From: Deltaproteobacteria bacterium
GTDB taxonomy: Bacteria > Desulfobacterota > GWC2-55-46
Assembly: GCA_015075075.1 (NCBI GenBank)
Contig: JABTVA010000001.1
Location: 51,662 to 115,661, forward strand
DNA: 64,000 bases
Reading direction: 5' to 3'
Shown here piece by piece: positions 40,973 to 51,871 of this stretch. The stretch's first letter is position 1, and every line of letters starts with the position of its first letter. The notes below the pieces were generated by a model. That model saw nothing but the letters and a program-made list of their open reading frames with translations, searched no databases and had not been told where the DNA came from. The translations under genes and the position numbers were made by a program.

Positions 40973-41793
40973 TTCCTGTAGATGTTGAGGCCGCGCCCGA
41001 GCAGCTCGTACCTTGCGGAATACATGTGCGGCAGCACCTCCGCCTTTCCCATGACCAGTATGCCGCCGGGGCGGAGCGCGTAATCGAGCTTCGCGAAGAC
41101 CTTCTCCTGGAGGGGCTTGTTGAAGTATATGAAAAGGTTCCTGCAGAAAAGTATGCTCACCCCCCGTATGGAAGGGCTCTGGACTATGTCGAGGGTGCCG
41201 AACCGCACCAGGCCCCTCAAGTCCATGCTCACCCGGTAGAAGCCGTCCGCCGGCACGAAGTACTTCTCCCGGAGCGCCGGCGAGACGTTCGCTATCGCTT
41301 CCTCCCTGTATACGGCCCTCCTGGCCTGGTCAAGCGCGTCGCAATCGATGTCGGTCGCGAATATCCGCGAGCCTGCAAGCGCCTCGGGGCTCATGGCCTC
41401 GGCAAAGAGCGCGCCGAGAGAATAGGCCTCCTCGCCGTATGCGCACCCGCAGCACCAGGATTTCAACGGCGTATTGCGGAACTCGCGCCTGACGATGCCT
41501 TCCAGGACGGAGAAGACCTCCGGTTCCCTGAAAAACTCGCTTACCTTTATCGTGAGCGTGGAGAAGAGCCTGTGGTACTCGTAGGGGTCTTTTCCGAGGA
41601 TATGGAGGTAGTCTTCGCAGGAGCGCGCCCTGGCGGAGTGGAGGAGTTTCGAGACCCTGCGCGAAAGCGTTGACCTCTTGTAATTTCTGAAATCCCAGCC
41701 CCGTTCCTCATAGACCTTCTCCAAAAGAGAGGAAAGTCCGTCTGAGGAACCGCTCTGGCCGTGCCTATGGAGGGTCCCGTGGACAATATTCAT
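40963..41793 (-). CDS. cheR: CheR-type protein-glutamate O-methyltransferase
   Basis: SAM-binding CGCAYGEEAYS and CRNLFIYF motifs. The stop overlaps the kinase start (ATGCCGATGA). The alternative upstream start at 41862 lies inside the family C repeat. Confidence 0.8.
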   Translation of the reverse strand: MNIVHGTLHRHGQSGSSDGLSSLLEKVYEERGWDFRNYKRSTLSRRVSKLLHSARARSCEDYLHILGKDPYEYHRLFSTLTIKVSEFFREPEVFSVLEGIVRREFRNTPLKSWCCGCAYGEEAYSLGALFAEAMSPEALAGSRIFATDIDCDALDQARRAVYREEAIANVSPALREKYFVPADGFYRVSMDLRGLVRFGTLDIVQSPSIRGVSILFCRNLFIYFNKPLQEKVFAKLDYALRPGGILVMGKAEVLPHMYSARYELLGRGLNIYRKCR

Positions 41794-41826
41794 AGTTGTA
41801 TACCAGGAAGAGTAAAGGCCAAAGAT

Positions 41827-41990
41827 AGCAGGGTATTGAAAAAACCCTGCCAAGCAATCCACGGATGGATTGCAAATTGCGAAGACTATCCCAAGTCGAG
41901 CAATTTGTAATGCCTGGACGGATTCATTCCGGCCAAGCCGTGGTTGGAAAAGCCCAAAAGGACTTTTTCAATAACCTGATAGGAGGGAGA
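41827..41990 (+). mobile_element. Family C MITE-like repeat, copy 2
   Basis: About 85% identical to 1369-1530. Confidence 0.7.
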
Positions 41991-42151
41991 TTTGGACTAC
42001 GAATGCCCCCTCAATTAGAACAGATAGCACAAATCTGTTTTTTTTGCAATAAATTGTTTAGGTTGCTGGTTTCGCCGGTCGAAATTGGATCCATCCAACC
42101 GTGCCTGAGGGCGCGCTGCCGGCTCCCTGCGGGAGGCGGGCCTTTTTCCCG

Positions 42152-42186
42152 AAAAACCTTGAACATAACGCGGTTTCCGGGTTATC
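42152..42186 (+). promoter_or_regulatory. Putative sigma-70 promoter (TTGAAC-N18-TATCAT) upstream of the dsrE2-like gene
   Basis: Hexamers read from the sequence. Would give a near-leaderless transcript if the ATG at 42196 is used. Confidence 0.35.
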
Positions 42187-42195
42187 ATAACTTTA

Positions 42196-42704
42196 TGGCA
42201 ACCGGTCTTCAGGGCGCTCAGGCGGAGCCCAAAAAGAGCGTCACCATCGTCCTTTTCAGCGGCGACCTCGACAAGGCCATCGCGGCCTTCGTCATTGCCA
42301 CGGCCGCCGCTTCCATGTGCATGAAAGTCAATATCTTCTTCACCTTCTGGGGTCTTAACGCCATAAAGAAAAAGAGCGGGCTCATAAAAGGGCAGAACTG
42401 GATGCAGAAGATGCTGAATATCGTGAACTACGGCCATGCCAGGAAGCTCGCCCTCTCGAAGCTCAACATGATGGGCATGGGACCGGCAATGCTGAAGACC
42501 ATGATGTCGAAAAAGCGGGTGCCGAGCCTCGATGAGTTCATAAAGACCGCTTCCGCCCTGGGCGTAGGGTTCTACGCCTGCGAGATGAGCATGACGGTAA
42601 TGGGCCTCCGGAAGGAAGACTTCATAGACGAGTGCCGCGACGTAATCGGGGCGGTCAGCTATATCTCGATAGCAAGGGACTCGAACGTCAACCTTTTCAT
42701 TTGA
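42196..42704 (+). CDS. DsrE2-like (DsrE/DsrF-like family) sulfur-relay protein
   Basis: VTIVLFSGDLDKAIAAFVIATAAA...IFFTFWGL motif block. Start codon uncertain (42196 ATG or 42238 GTG). Confidence 0.6.
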
Positions 42705-42745
42705 GGCCGGGTCCGCCATGCGGAACGGCACAACCGGCGGACTTC

Positions 42746-42903
42746 TAACAGCTTGCCGTTTTTATTCAGGCTGCTCAAAAAGCTCCAGATGCGAGGCCCC
42801 GTTGGAACAGGGGAACTGGGAATGAGGCGTACTTTTCGTGTACGCCGGAGTGTCAAGCGACGTAGCCTTCGACGCAGATGGACTTTTTCAGCAGCCTGCT
42901 TAA
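42746..42903 (+). mobile_element. Family A MITE copy A5, inserted between dsrE2-like and tusA-like
   Basis: Consensus match. Confidence 0.8.
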
Positions 42904-42928
42904 GCCGTTCGGAAAAAGAGAGGGTATC

Positions 42929-43165
42929 ATGGAAGAGTTTGCTCCTGACAAGACCCTTGACGCAAGGGGCTTAAGCTGTCCCATGCCGTCCGTAAAGACG
43001 GCCCTGGCGCTCGAAGGGATGGTCCCGGGGCAGGTGCTCCTGGTGCTTACGGACGACCCTGTCTCCCAGAAAGAGCTGCCTCTCTGGGCCGAAGCGACCG
43101 GCAACAAGCTCCTGGCCCTGGACCGGGAGGAGAAGACCATCAGGATATTCCTCAGGAAGGGATGA
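42929..43165 (+). CDS. tusA: TusA-like sulfurtransferase (CPxP motif)
   Basis: LDARGLSCPMP. The six-frame ORF starts inside the MITE; the ATG at 42929 is more likely. Confidence 0.75.
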   Translation: MEEFAPDKTLDARGLSCPMPSVKTALALEGMVPGQVLLVLTDDPVSQKELPLWAEATGNKLLALDREEKTIRIFLRKG

Positions 43166-43978
43166 CCGGGATGGCGAAGGTCTACCACCTCGATCTTGAC
43201 AGGAAGGCGATAAAGGGCGCCGCCATCGCGCTCCTCCCGGGCGACCCCGGAGAACAAGGCCCATAGCCGAGGCCGTTTCCCGGGCCTACGGCACCGATTT
43301 CTCCCTCATCGCATCCAGGCGCGAGTTCACGACCTGCCTTACGGAGGCCCTCGGCAGGAAGGTGCTCGTAACCTCCACGGGCATAGGCGGCCCGTCCACA
43401 TCCATAGCAATCGACGAGCTCGCCCAATTGGGCGTCACCCATTTCATACGCGTCGGCACGACCGGGGCCATACAGGACGATATAAAGAACGGGGACTGCG
43501 TAATAACCACGGGCTCGGTCCGCCTCGACGGCGCGTCCACGCACTACGCCCCCATCGAATACCCGGCTGTCGCGGATTTTTCCATAGTGGCGGCCCTCGT
43601 CCTCGGCGCGAAAGAGGCCGGCGTCCGGTTCCATGTGGGCGTGACAGCCTCGTCCGACACCTTCTACCCCGGCGAGGAGAGGTCAGACTCCTTCATGAAG
43701 TACAAGCTCCGGAGGTTCAGGGGCGCTACGAGGGAATGGAAGGCGCTCCATGTGCTCAACTACGAGATGGAGTCCTCGACCCTTCTTACGGTTACCTCTG
43801 CCCTGGGGTTAAGGGGCGGCTGCGTGACCGGGGTCGTGAACAGGGCGCAGCACCGGGAAGATAACCGCGAACGCTTTCTCGCTCCGGACCGAGTCCTGCT
43901 TTGGAGAACGCGGTCAGCTCCAGACAGCGGTTGCCGCAATAATGAGGTTCTTTCTCGAAGACGGATACGGCGTCTGAA
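43162..43978 (+). pseudogene. udp: Uridine phosphorylase (PNP/UDP family) with two frameshifts
   Basis: MAKVYHLDL...ALLPGDPG then a frame shift. STGIGGPSTSIAIDELAQLG..RVGTTGA...YEMESSTLL in a second frame. The C-terminus is in a third frame. Confidence 0.75.
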
Positions 43979-44004
43979 AAGCTCACGGGGCTTAAGAGTC
44001 CTGC

Positions 44005-44192
44005 TTTAGCAGCTTGCTGAACGACGTAGGTGCCGAGGCCCCAGACCTCTGCCTTTTATTCAGGCTGCTCAAAAAGCTCCAGATGCGAGGCCCCCGTTGG
44101 AATAGGGGAACTGGGAATGAGGCGTACTTTTCTTGTACGCCGGAGTGTCCAGCGACGTAGCCTTCGATGCAGATGGACTTTTTCAGCAGCCT
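44005..44192 (+). mobile_element. Family A MITE copy A6, carrying a 32-bp insertion duplicated from 44299-44330
   Basis: CGACGTAGGTGCCGAGGCCCCAGACCTCTGCC inside the left arm is near-identical to CGACGTAGGTGCCGAGGTCCCAGACCTCTGCC within the adjacent ligD-PE gene. Confidence 0.8.
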
Positions 44193-44583
44193 GTACCTTG
44201 ATTACAAGCCAGTTCTTCTCCATAAAGCGGACCAGGGCATATCTCCCGGAAAGCTTCTTCCCGATGAACTCGACCGTTATCCTGTCTTTTTCCCAGGCCT
44301 CCACGACGTAGGTGCCGAGGTCCCAGACCTCTGCCTTGCCGGCGCCGTATCGCCCTTCGGGAATGGTGCCTTCGAAGCCGAAGTAGTCGAGCGGGTGGTC
44401 CTCTACCTCAACAGCCAGCCTTTTTACCCCTGGATTCTCGGGCATTCCCCTGGGGACGGCCCAGCTCTTAAATACCCCTCCCCTTTCGAGCCCCAGGTCG
44501 TAATGCGGGCGTTTTGCCTCGCGGCTGTGCACGGCGAACTTCCGGTTTTCCTTCAATCCGTCCTCCGGGTTGACAGCTCCCAT
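44056..44583 (-). CDS. Stand-alone LigD-type 3'-phosphoesterase domain protein; the C-terminal ~50 codons are read through MITE A6
   Basis: HYDLGLER...SWAVPRG motif. After ...RFMEKNWLVIK the reading frame is a translation of the repeat (RRWTLRRTRKV). Confidence 0.6.
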   Translation of the reverse strand: MGAVNPEDGLKENRKFAVHSREAKRPHYDLGLERGGVFKSWAVPRGMPENPGVKRLAVEVEDHPLDYFGFEGTIPEGRYGAGKAEVWDLGTYVVEAWEKDRITVEFIGKKLSGRYALVRFMEKNWLVIKVQAAEKVHLHRRLRRWTLRRTRKVRLIPSSPIPTGASHLELFEQPE

Positions 44584-44645
44584 TTACATGCTATTTTCAT
44601 TATAGCGGCCGCGCAGCGGTTACGCGGCCAGGAAGGATAACGCCC

Positions 44646-45149
44646 ATGACCAAGAGGCTCCTCCTGCTTTCAGCGCTTGCAGCCGTTCTCATCTCGGGCT
44701 GCGCGCCGGTCATCTCAAAGGAAACGCTCGGGACCGTCAACCGCGGGCTCGGGTTCGGCGAGGTCGCATCCAGGCCCGCCGACTACGTAGGCGCGTCGGT
44801 GGTCTTCGGAGGGACCATCCTCGAGACCCGTAACGAAGAGGGCCGGACTGTCGTCGAGGTCCTTCAGGAAGGCCTTGATTCGAGGCTCAGGCCCTCAGAG
44901 CGGGGCGAATCCGAAGGGCGGTTCCTTGTCGAGTTCGAGGGGTTCAGGGACCCGGCCATATACTCGAGGGGCAAGAGGATAACCGTCGCGGGCGAGGTCA
45001 TCGGCACCGAGAGGCTCAGTATCGGCAGGGGCACATACGACTATCCGGTAATACAGCCCAGGGAGCATACGCTCCTCGACCCCCCTTCATACGACCCGGG
45101 GCCGCGCATCGGCATAGGCATAGGTCTCGGCTACACCCGCGTGAGGTGA
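44646..45149 (+). CDS. Slp-family outer-membrane lipoprotein
   Basis: Lipobox LISGC, Slp-like length and hydrophilic body. Confidence 0.6.
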   Translation: MTKRLLLLSALAAVLISGCAPVISKETLGTVNRGLGFGEVASRPADYVGASVVFGGTILETRNEEGRTVVEVLQEGLDSRLRPSERGESEGRFLVEFEGFRDPAIYSRGKRITVAGEVIGTERLSIGRGTYDYPVIQPREHTLLDPPSYDPGPRIGIGIGLGYTRVR

Positions 45150-47785
45150 CCGGCCTCCCCGCCGACAGTCCTCAGGAATGCCTTGACCACCTCCGGGTCG
45201 AACTGCGTGCCCGAGCACCTCTTGAGCTCCCGCAGGATGTTCTCCAGGGGCAGGCCCTTCCTGTAGGGCCTGTCGGCGCTCATGGCATCCACCGTGTCCG
45301 CCACGGCCAGTATGCGCGCCATGAGCGGTATCTCGCCGCCCTTGAAGCCCCCGGGATAACCCGACCCGTCGTATGACTCGTGATGGTGCATTATGGCAGG
45401 AACTATCCTCTTCATCTGCCTTATGGGCGAGAGTATGTCCGCGCCCTTCTGCGGGTGCCTCCTTATGACGGCTATCTCCTCGTCGGTGAGCCTGCCGGGC
45501 TTATCCAGTATGGACTCGTAGGTCCCGAGCTTACCTATGTCGTGGAGGAGCCCCGCGAGCTCCATGTCCTTGAGATCCTCCGCCGAGAAGGACATCTCGC
45601 GCGCTATTTCCATCGCGTATTTCGTGACCCTGTCCGAGTGCCCCTTGGTCCAGGAGCTCTTGGCGTCGATCGCCTCGGAAAGGGTCTTCACTATGCCGAG
45701 GAAGAGCTCGCTCAAGTCGCTTACGAGCCGCGCGTTCTCGAGGGCCACGCCTATCTGTGAGGCGAGCTTCTCCATGACCGATAAGTCGTCGGAGGTAAAG
45801 GCGGCCTTCCTCCTGGCCCCGACCGTAAGCACCCCGACCACCTCTCCCTTTATCGCGAGCGGGACCCTGAGGTGCGAAAGGAAACCGTCCTTGAATAAGG
45901 CCTCCTCGAGGCGCTGCCTGACGGATTCGTTTATATCAGGCACGAACTGCGGCCTGCCGGTACTCAGTATGTCGGTCGTAGTCGTGTCAGAAAACGGGAT
46001 GAGGCTGCCTTTCTCAAGGGATATTCCGAAGCCCGCCTCGTATACGAACCCGCCCTTCTCCCTGTCGACGAGGGCCACGGTGGCCCGGTCGCAGGAGATT
46101 ATCTTCGAGACCATCCGGGCGGCTATCTCCAGTATCTCGTTGGGCTCGAGGGTGGAGAGGATGGACTTGTCTATCTCGTGCATTATGCTTATGGTCTCGA
46201 CCTTCCTCGAAAGGTCGAGCGCCCTGTCTATCGAGTCCTGGTAGAGCTTGGCCTCGTCCAGCGCGGTCGAGACCTGGTAGGATATGCCGCCGAGCACCTC
46301 CTTGTCCCTCCTTGTAAGCCCTCCGCTGTACTTGCCAGGCGGGCAGGTATAGAGGCAAAGGAGGACCCCCAGCCATTCGCTTTTGCGGACAAGGGGCAGG
46401 ATTATCGCGGCCTCGGCGCCCCCCGACCATTCGAGCGCCTCTTTTCCCCCGCCGCCGCCCTCGAAGACCTCGATACCCGGGCCGGACTCCATCGCTTTCA
46501 TGATGAACGGCAGGTCGGGCTTAAGCGGGTTTACCCTGAAGAGGGAGGCCAGGTCGGCCGGGAGCCCCTTCTGGGCCGAGGGCTCCAGGACGCCTTTTTC
46601 CCTGTCCCAGAGGTACGAAATGCAGCAGTCCGCCTCCATTATGGAAAGAAGGCTCTCGACCACGTGCCCCATGAGCTTGTCTATGTCCGTCGTGTGCTCG
46701 GTGGCAAAGGCTATGGCGAGGAGGTGCCTCGTTATCTCCATCTCCTCTTTCATCCTCTGCGAGGTCTCCTTAAGCTCGCTGAAGAGCTTCGCGTTCCTGA
46801 TGCAGAGGGCCGCGTGGTTCGCAAGGGTCTGGAGGAACGGGACCTCGTTCTGGGGGAACTCTTCTTTCGCGGAGCATATGGTGAGAACGGCAATGGGCTT
46901 CCCGGCCTCGGTTATCGGAAAAGAGGCCGCGGACCCCGGCCCGGCTTCCGTACCGTCCGGGACGGCCTTCCACGGGGCCGGGACCCGGTTTTGGACCTCC
47001 GGGACCCCGCTCCTTACGGCCCTCGACGAGAGATCCCCGGCGCACTGCAAATGACCGGAAGGGTCCAGTGCGGCCTCGGTCACCGAAGGTGAGCGCCCAT
47101 CGTCGGCCGTTGCTAACGTCCGCGGCAGTATCTCTCCGGTATCGGGGTCGAGGAGCCCCACCCATGCCATCCTGAAGCCGAAGCTGACGGCCGTGCCGCA
47201 TATCCTCTTGAGCCTGAACTCGAGATCTAAGCTCCCCATTACGTCCTGCGAGAGCTCGTATACGAGCCTTTCCCTCTCGGTCCTCCTCTTCTCCTCCGTT
47301 ATGTCCCGGAATATCTGGATGGCGGTGGGCTCCTCCTTTTCAAGCACGTAAAAGCTCACGTTGTAGACCCTGTCGGGGCCCGCAATCCTTATCTCCTCCG
47401 TGCAGGCGTGCGGCTCCCCCTTTCCGAGCATGTGCCTGCACGCCTCGAAGGGCCCGTCCATCTTCGGGAAGACCTCGTAATACCTCCTCCCGATTATCGA
47501 GCTGAAAGGCATGCCTGCGGCGTCCTGGTAGGCCCTGTTGCATTTCAAGACCCTCATGTCGGAATCGTGGATGAGTATGGGGTCGAGTATGCTGTCGAAG
47601 GTCGCTTCCCATTCCCTCTTGGACTTCATGATGCCCTCGGCAATGGCGGTGTTGTCCTCGAGGAGCGAGAGCATCGCACGGCGCGTGCTCATGAACTCCT
47701 TTTCGCGCTCCATTGCCCTTTCAAGCTCTTTCCTGAGCTTTCCCAGTTCCGCGGAGGCGCGGTCGTTTGAGGCGGGTTTATGCAA
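45131..47785 (-). CDS. PAS-GAF-GAF-GAF-HD-GYP c-di-GMP phosphodiesterase
   Basis: C-terminal HD (LLHDIGK) and HHHESYDGSGYP motifs, 884 aa, intact. Confidence 0.85.
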   Translation of the reverse strand: MHKPASNDRASAELGKLRKELERAMEREKEFMSTRRAMLSLLEDNTAIAEGIMKSKREWEATFDSILDPILIHDSDMRVLKCNRAYQDAAGMPFSSIIGRRYYEVFPKMDGPFEACRHMLGKGEPHACTEEIRIAGPDRVYNVSFYVLEKEEPTAIQIFRDITEEKRRTERERLVYELSQDVMGSLDLEFRLKRICGTAVSFGFRMAWVGLLDPDTGEILPRTLATADDGRSPSVTEAALDPSGHLQCAGDLSSRAVRSGVPEVQNRVPAPWKAVPDGTEAGPGSAASFPITEAGKPIAVLTICSAKEEFPQNEVPFLQTLANHAALCIRNAKLFSELKETSQRMKEEMEITRHLLAIAFATEHTTDIDKLMGHVVESLLSIMEADCCISYLWDREKGVLEPSAQKGLPADLASLFRVNPLKPDLPFIMKAMESGPGIEVFEGGGGGKEALEWSGGAEAAIILPLVRKSEWLGVLLCLYTCPPGKYSGGLTRRDKEVLGGISYQVSTALDEAKLYQDSIDRALDLSRKVETISIMHEIDKSILSTLEPNEILEIAARMVSKIISCDRATVALVDREKGGFVYEAGFGISLEKGSLIPFSDTTTTDILSTGRPQFVPDINESVRQRLEEALFKDGFLSHLRVPLAIKGEVVGVLTVGARRKAAFTSDDLSVMEKLASQIGVALENARLVSDLSELFLGIVKTLSEAIDAKSSWTKGHSDRVTKYAMEIAREMSFSAEDLKDMELAGLLHDIGKLGTYESILDKPGRLTDEEIAVIRRHPQKGADILSPIRQMKRIVPAIMHHHESYDGSGYPGGFKGGEIPLMARILAVADTVDAMSADRPYRKGLPLENILRELKRCSGTQFDPEVVKAFLRTVGGEAGHLTRV

Positions 47786-47925
47786 GAGGTCTTCTCCTCC
47801 GGGGCGGCCCCCTGGCTTAAGGGCCGCCGAACCTCCCTGGAGGTCGGGATGCGGGTTTCAGGTTGAAGGGAGAACTGAAATGCGAGGCGCGCAAGGTGAA
47901 TGGCGGGTTGGTTATCTAACAGCTT

Positions 47926-48086
47926 GCTGAAAAACTCCGTTTTTATTCAGGCTGCTCAAAAAGCTCCAGATGCGAGGCCCCCCGTTGGAATAGGGGGCGG
48001 AGGAACAGGCGTACTTTTCGTGTACGCCGCAGGATGACGAGCGGCGAAGACAACGACGCAGATGGACTTTTTCAGCAGCCTGCTAA
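47926..48086 (+). mobile_element. Family A MITE copy A7
   Basis: Consensus match. About 10 nt from the rpe remnant stop. Confidence 0.8.
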
Positions 48087-48095
48087 TCCGGACTT

Positions 48096-48810
48096 ATGCG
48101 GAAGCTATCTCTTTTTTCATCTGCGCTATCGTCTTCGCGTAATCGGTGGTGGAGAAGACTCCCGAGCCCGAGACGAAGACGTCGGCCCCGGCTGCTGCCA
48201 CGGTACGGATATTGCCGGCCTTTATGCCGCCGTCCACTTCGAGCTCTGTTCCTGCCCGTAGCCTCGATCATCCGGCGGACGGCGCTTACCTTTCCGAGTG
48301 TCGCGGGTATAAAGCCCTGGCCGCTGAAGCCCGGGTTCACGGACATGACGAGGACGAGGTCCACGTCCCCGATGATCGCTTCGAGGGACGACGCCGGGGT
48401 GCCGGGGTTTATAGAAACGCCCGCCCGGAGCCTGTGCCCCTTTATGGCCTGCACCGCCCTGTGGAGGTGGGTGGCGGCCTCCACGTGTACGGTTATTATG
48501 GCGCTTCCGGCCCTGGCGAAATCGTCTATGTACCTTTCCGGCTCCTCGCGAGGTGCACGTCAAGCGGTAGCCTGGTCCCCTCCCTTATGGCCTCGATGAC
48601 GAAAGGCCCTATGGTGATGTTCGGGACGAACCGTCCGTCCATCACGTCTACATGGACGTAATCGGCGCCTCCGTCCTCAAGGGCCTTAAGTTCAGAGCCG
48701 AGCCTGGTGAAGTCAGCCGAGAGTATCGAGGGGGAAATCTTCATGATCACTCCGAAACGGCGGGATTCCCTTCCGGGATGTTGCCCAGGCGCAAAAGCGC
48801 CTGCTCCGCC
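48096..48810 (-). pseudogene. rpe: Ribulose-phosphate 3-epimerase with two single-base frameshifts
   Basis: [12 protein letters not shown]...DVHL (frame a), ...VSINPGTPASS...LVMSVNPGFSGQGF...IEATGR (frame b), then ELEVDGGIKAGNIRTVAAAGADVFVSGS to the stop (frame c). This last frame was translated by hand. Confidence 0.75.
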
Positions 48811-48851
48811 AATTTCATACCAGAACCGGGCGGCTTTGTCCACCTGTACTT

Positions 48852-50580
<1,729 letters not shown>

Positions 50581-50634
50581 CGGGGCACCTCTTTAGGAAG
50601 TGGTTTACGGCATGGCAGCCGGAACGTTATAAAG

Positions 50635-50776
50635 GCAACCTCTAAAAATCAAAGATTTTTAACGCTTTTCCCGGAAGGCAGGGAATAAAAAACGGAGCAT
50701 ATATGACGATATGTGAGCATTTTTATTCCCGTAACTACCCAGAGTCCGGGGAAAAGATCAATTTTTAGAGTTTGCC
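50635..50776 (+). mobile_element. Family B MITE copy
   Basis: GGCAACCTCTAAAAAT...AGCATATATGACGATATGTGAGC...ATTTTTAGAGTTTGCC, followed by ATTGATTTTAA. Confidence 0.8.
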
Positions 50777-50836
50777 TGAATTGATTTTAACAGCGATAGC
50801 CAAAGGGCGCAACCGCCGGGGCGCAAGGAGTAGAAA

Positions 50837-51397
50837 TTATGCCTTCAGGTATTCCCTTAGGTACTCGGAGAGGGTCTTCTGGGTAACCATGCCGTTAAAG
50901 ACCTGGAGGACCGTGCCGTCCTTCCCGATGACGTAGGTCATGGGTATGAAGCCTATCTTGTAATCGGACATTATCCGCCTGTCGGAATCGATGCCAGCCG
51001 GGAAGGTGACGTTGTACCTCTTTATGAACTCGCGCGCGTTTGTCTCCGTGTCGTCGACCGCGACGGCCACGAACTCGACCCCGCTGCCCTTGAACTCCGC
51101 CCAGGTCCGCTCAAGCTCAGGGGCCTCCATCCTGCATGGCCCGCACCAGCTCGCGAAGAAATTGACGACCACGAGCTTGCCCTTGAGCTCCTCGATCCCG
51201 ATCTCCCTGCCGTCGAACCCCATTATCTTGAAAGGGACCGCCCTCTGGGGGGCAGTTTCGCTGGCGGCATTGGATTTCTCTTCCGCTTTCTTCCTGTCCT
51301 CGACTTTGCCGCAGCCCCAGAGGCCGATCCCCGCCAGGACGAACAGGATTACCGCTATATTGAGCGTATGGCCGCGCTGGCCCGCCTTGGTTCCCAT
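50837..51397 (-). CDS. TlpA/ResA-family periplasmic thiol-disulfide oxidoreductase (lipoprotein)
   Basis: Signal peptide with lipobox, WCGPC active site. Confidence 0.8.
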   Translation of the reverse strand: MGTKAGQRGHTLNIAVILFVLAGIGLWGCGKVEDRKKAEEKSNAASETAPQRAVPFKIMGFDGREIGIEELKGKLVVVNFFASWCGPCRMEAPELERTWAEFKGSGVEFVAVAVDDTETNAREFIKRYNVTFPAGIDSDRRIMSDYKIGFIPMTYVIGKDGTVLQVFNGMVTQKTLSEYLREYLKA

Positions 51398-51516
51398 CTA
51401 AGAGCACCTTCCAGTTTTTTGTGATTTTAACCTTATTGAAGGCGCTTTGCAACTGAAAGCAAAAAAGGCAGGCCTTTCGGCCTGCCTCCGGGATACCCAA
51501 ACGGATTGATTTTAAA

Positions 51517-51534
51517 GGCAACCTCTAAAAATTT
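51517..51534 (+). mobile_element. Solo left terminus of family B (GGCAACCTCTAAAAATTT), preceded by ATTGATTTTAA, abutting the trxA stop
   Basis: 18-nt identity with the B-family left terminus. Confidence 0.5.
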
Positions 51535-51541
51535 CTATTTA

Positions 51542-51871
51542 TCAAAACGCCTTTTCTATAAGTTCCTTCACCTGGTCCTTCGGCACCGCTCCGACAAGCT
51601 GGTCAACGACCTTACCGTCCTTGAAGAGTATCAGGGTCGGTATGCCCCTTACGCCGTACCTGCCCGGGGTGGAGGGGTTGTCGTCCACGTTCATCTTCGC
51701 CACCCTAACCTTGCCGGAATAGGCAGCTGCCATCTCGTCGACGATAGGGGCGATAGCCTTGCACGGGGCGCACCAGCTCGCCCAGAAGTCCACCAGGGCC
51801 GGGATTTCGGATTTCAGCACCATGGACTCGAAATTGGAATCTGATACGTTTATCGTGTTCTCGCCCATCAA
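51542..51871 (-). CDS. trxA: Thioredoxin
   Basis: WCAPCK active site, 108 aa. Confidence 0.9.
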   Translation of the reverse strand: MMGENTINVSDSNFESMVLKSEIPALVDFWASWCAPCKAIAPIVDEMAAAYSGKVRVAKMNVDDNPSTPGRYGVRGIPTLILFKDGKVVDQLVGAVPKDQVKELIEKAF

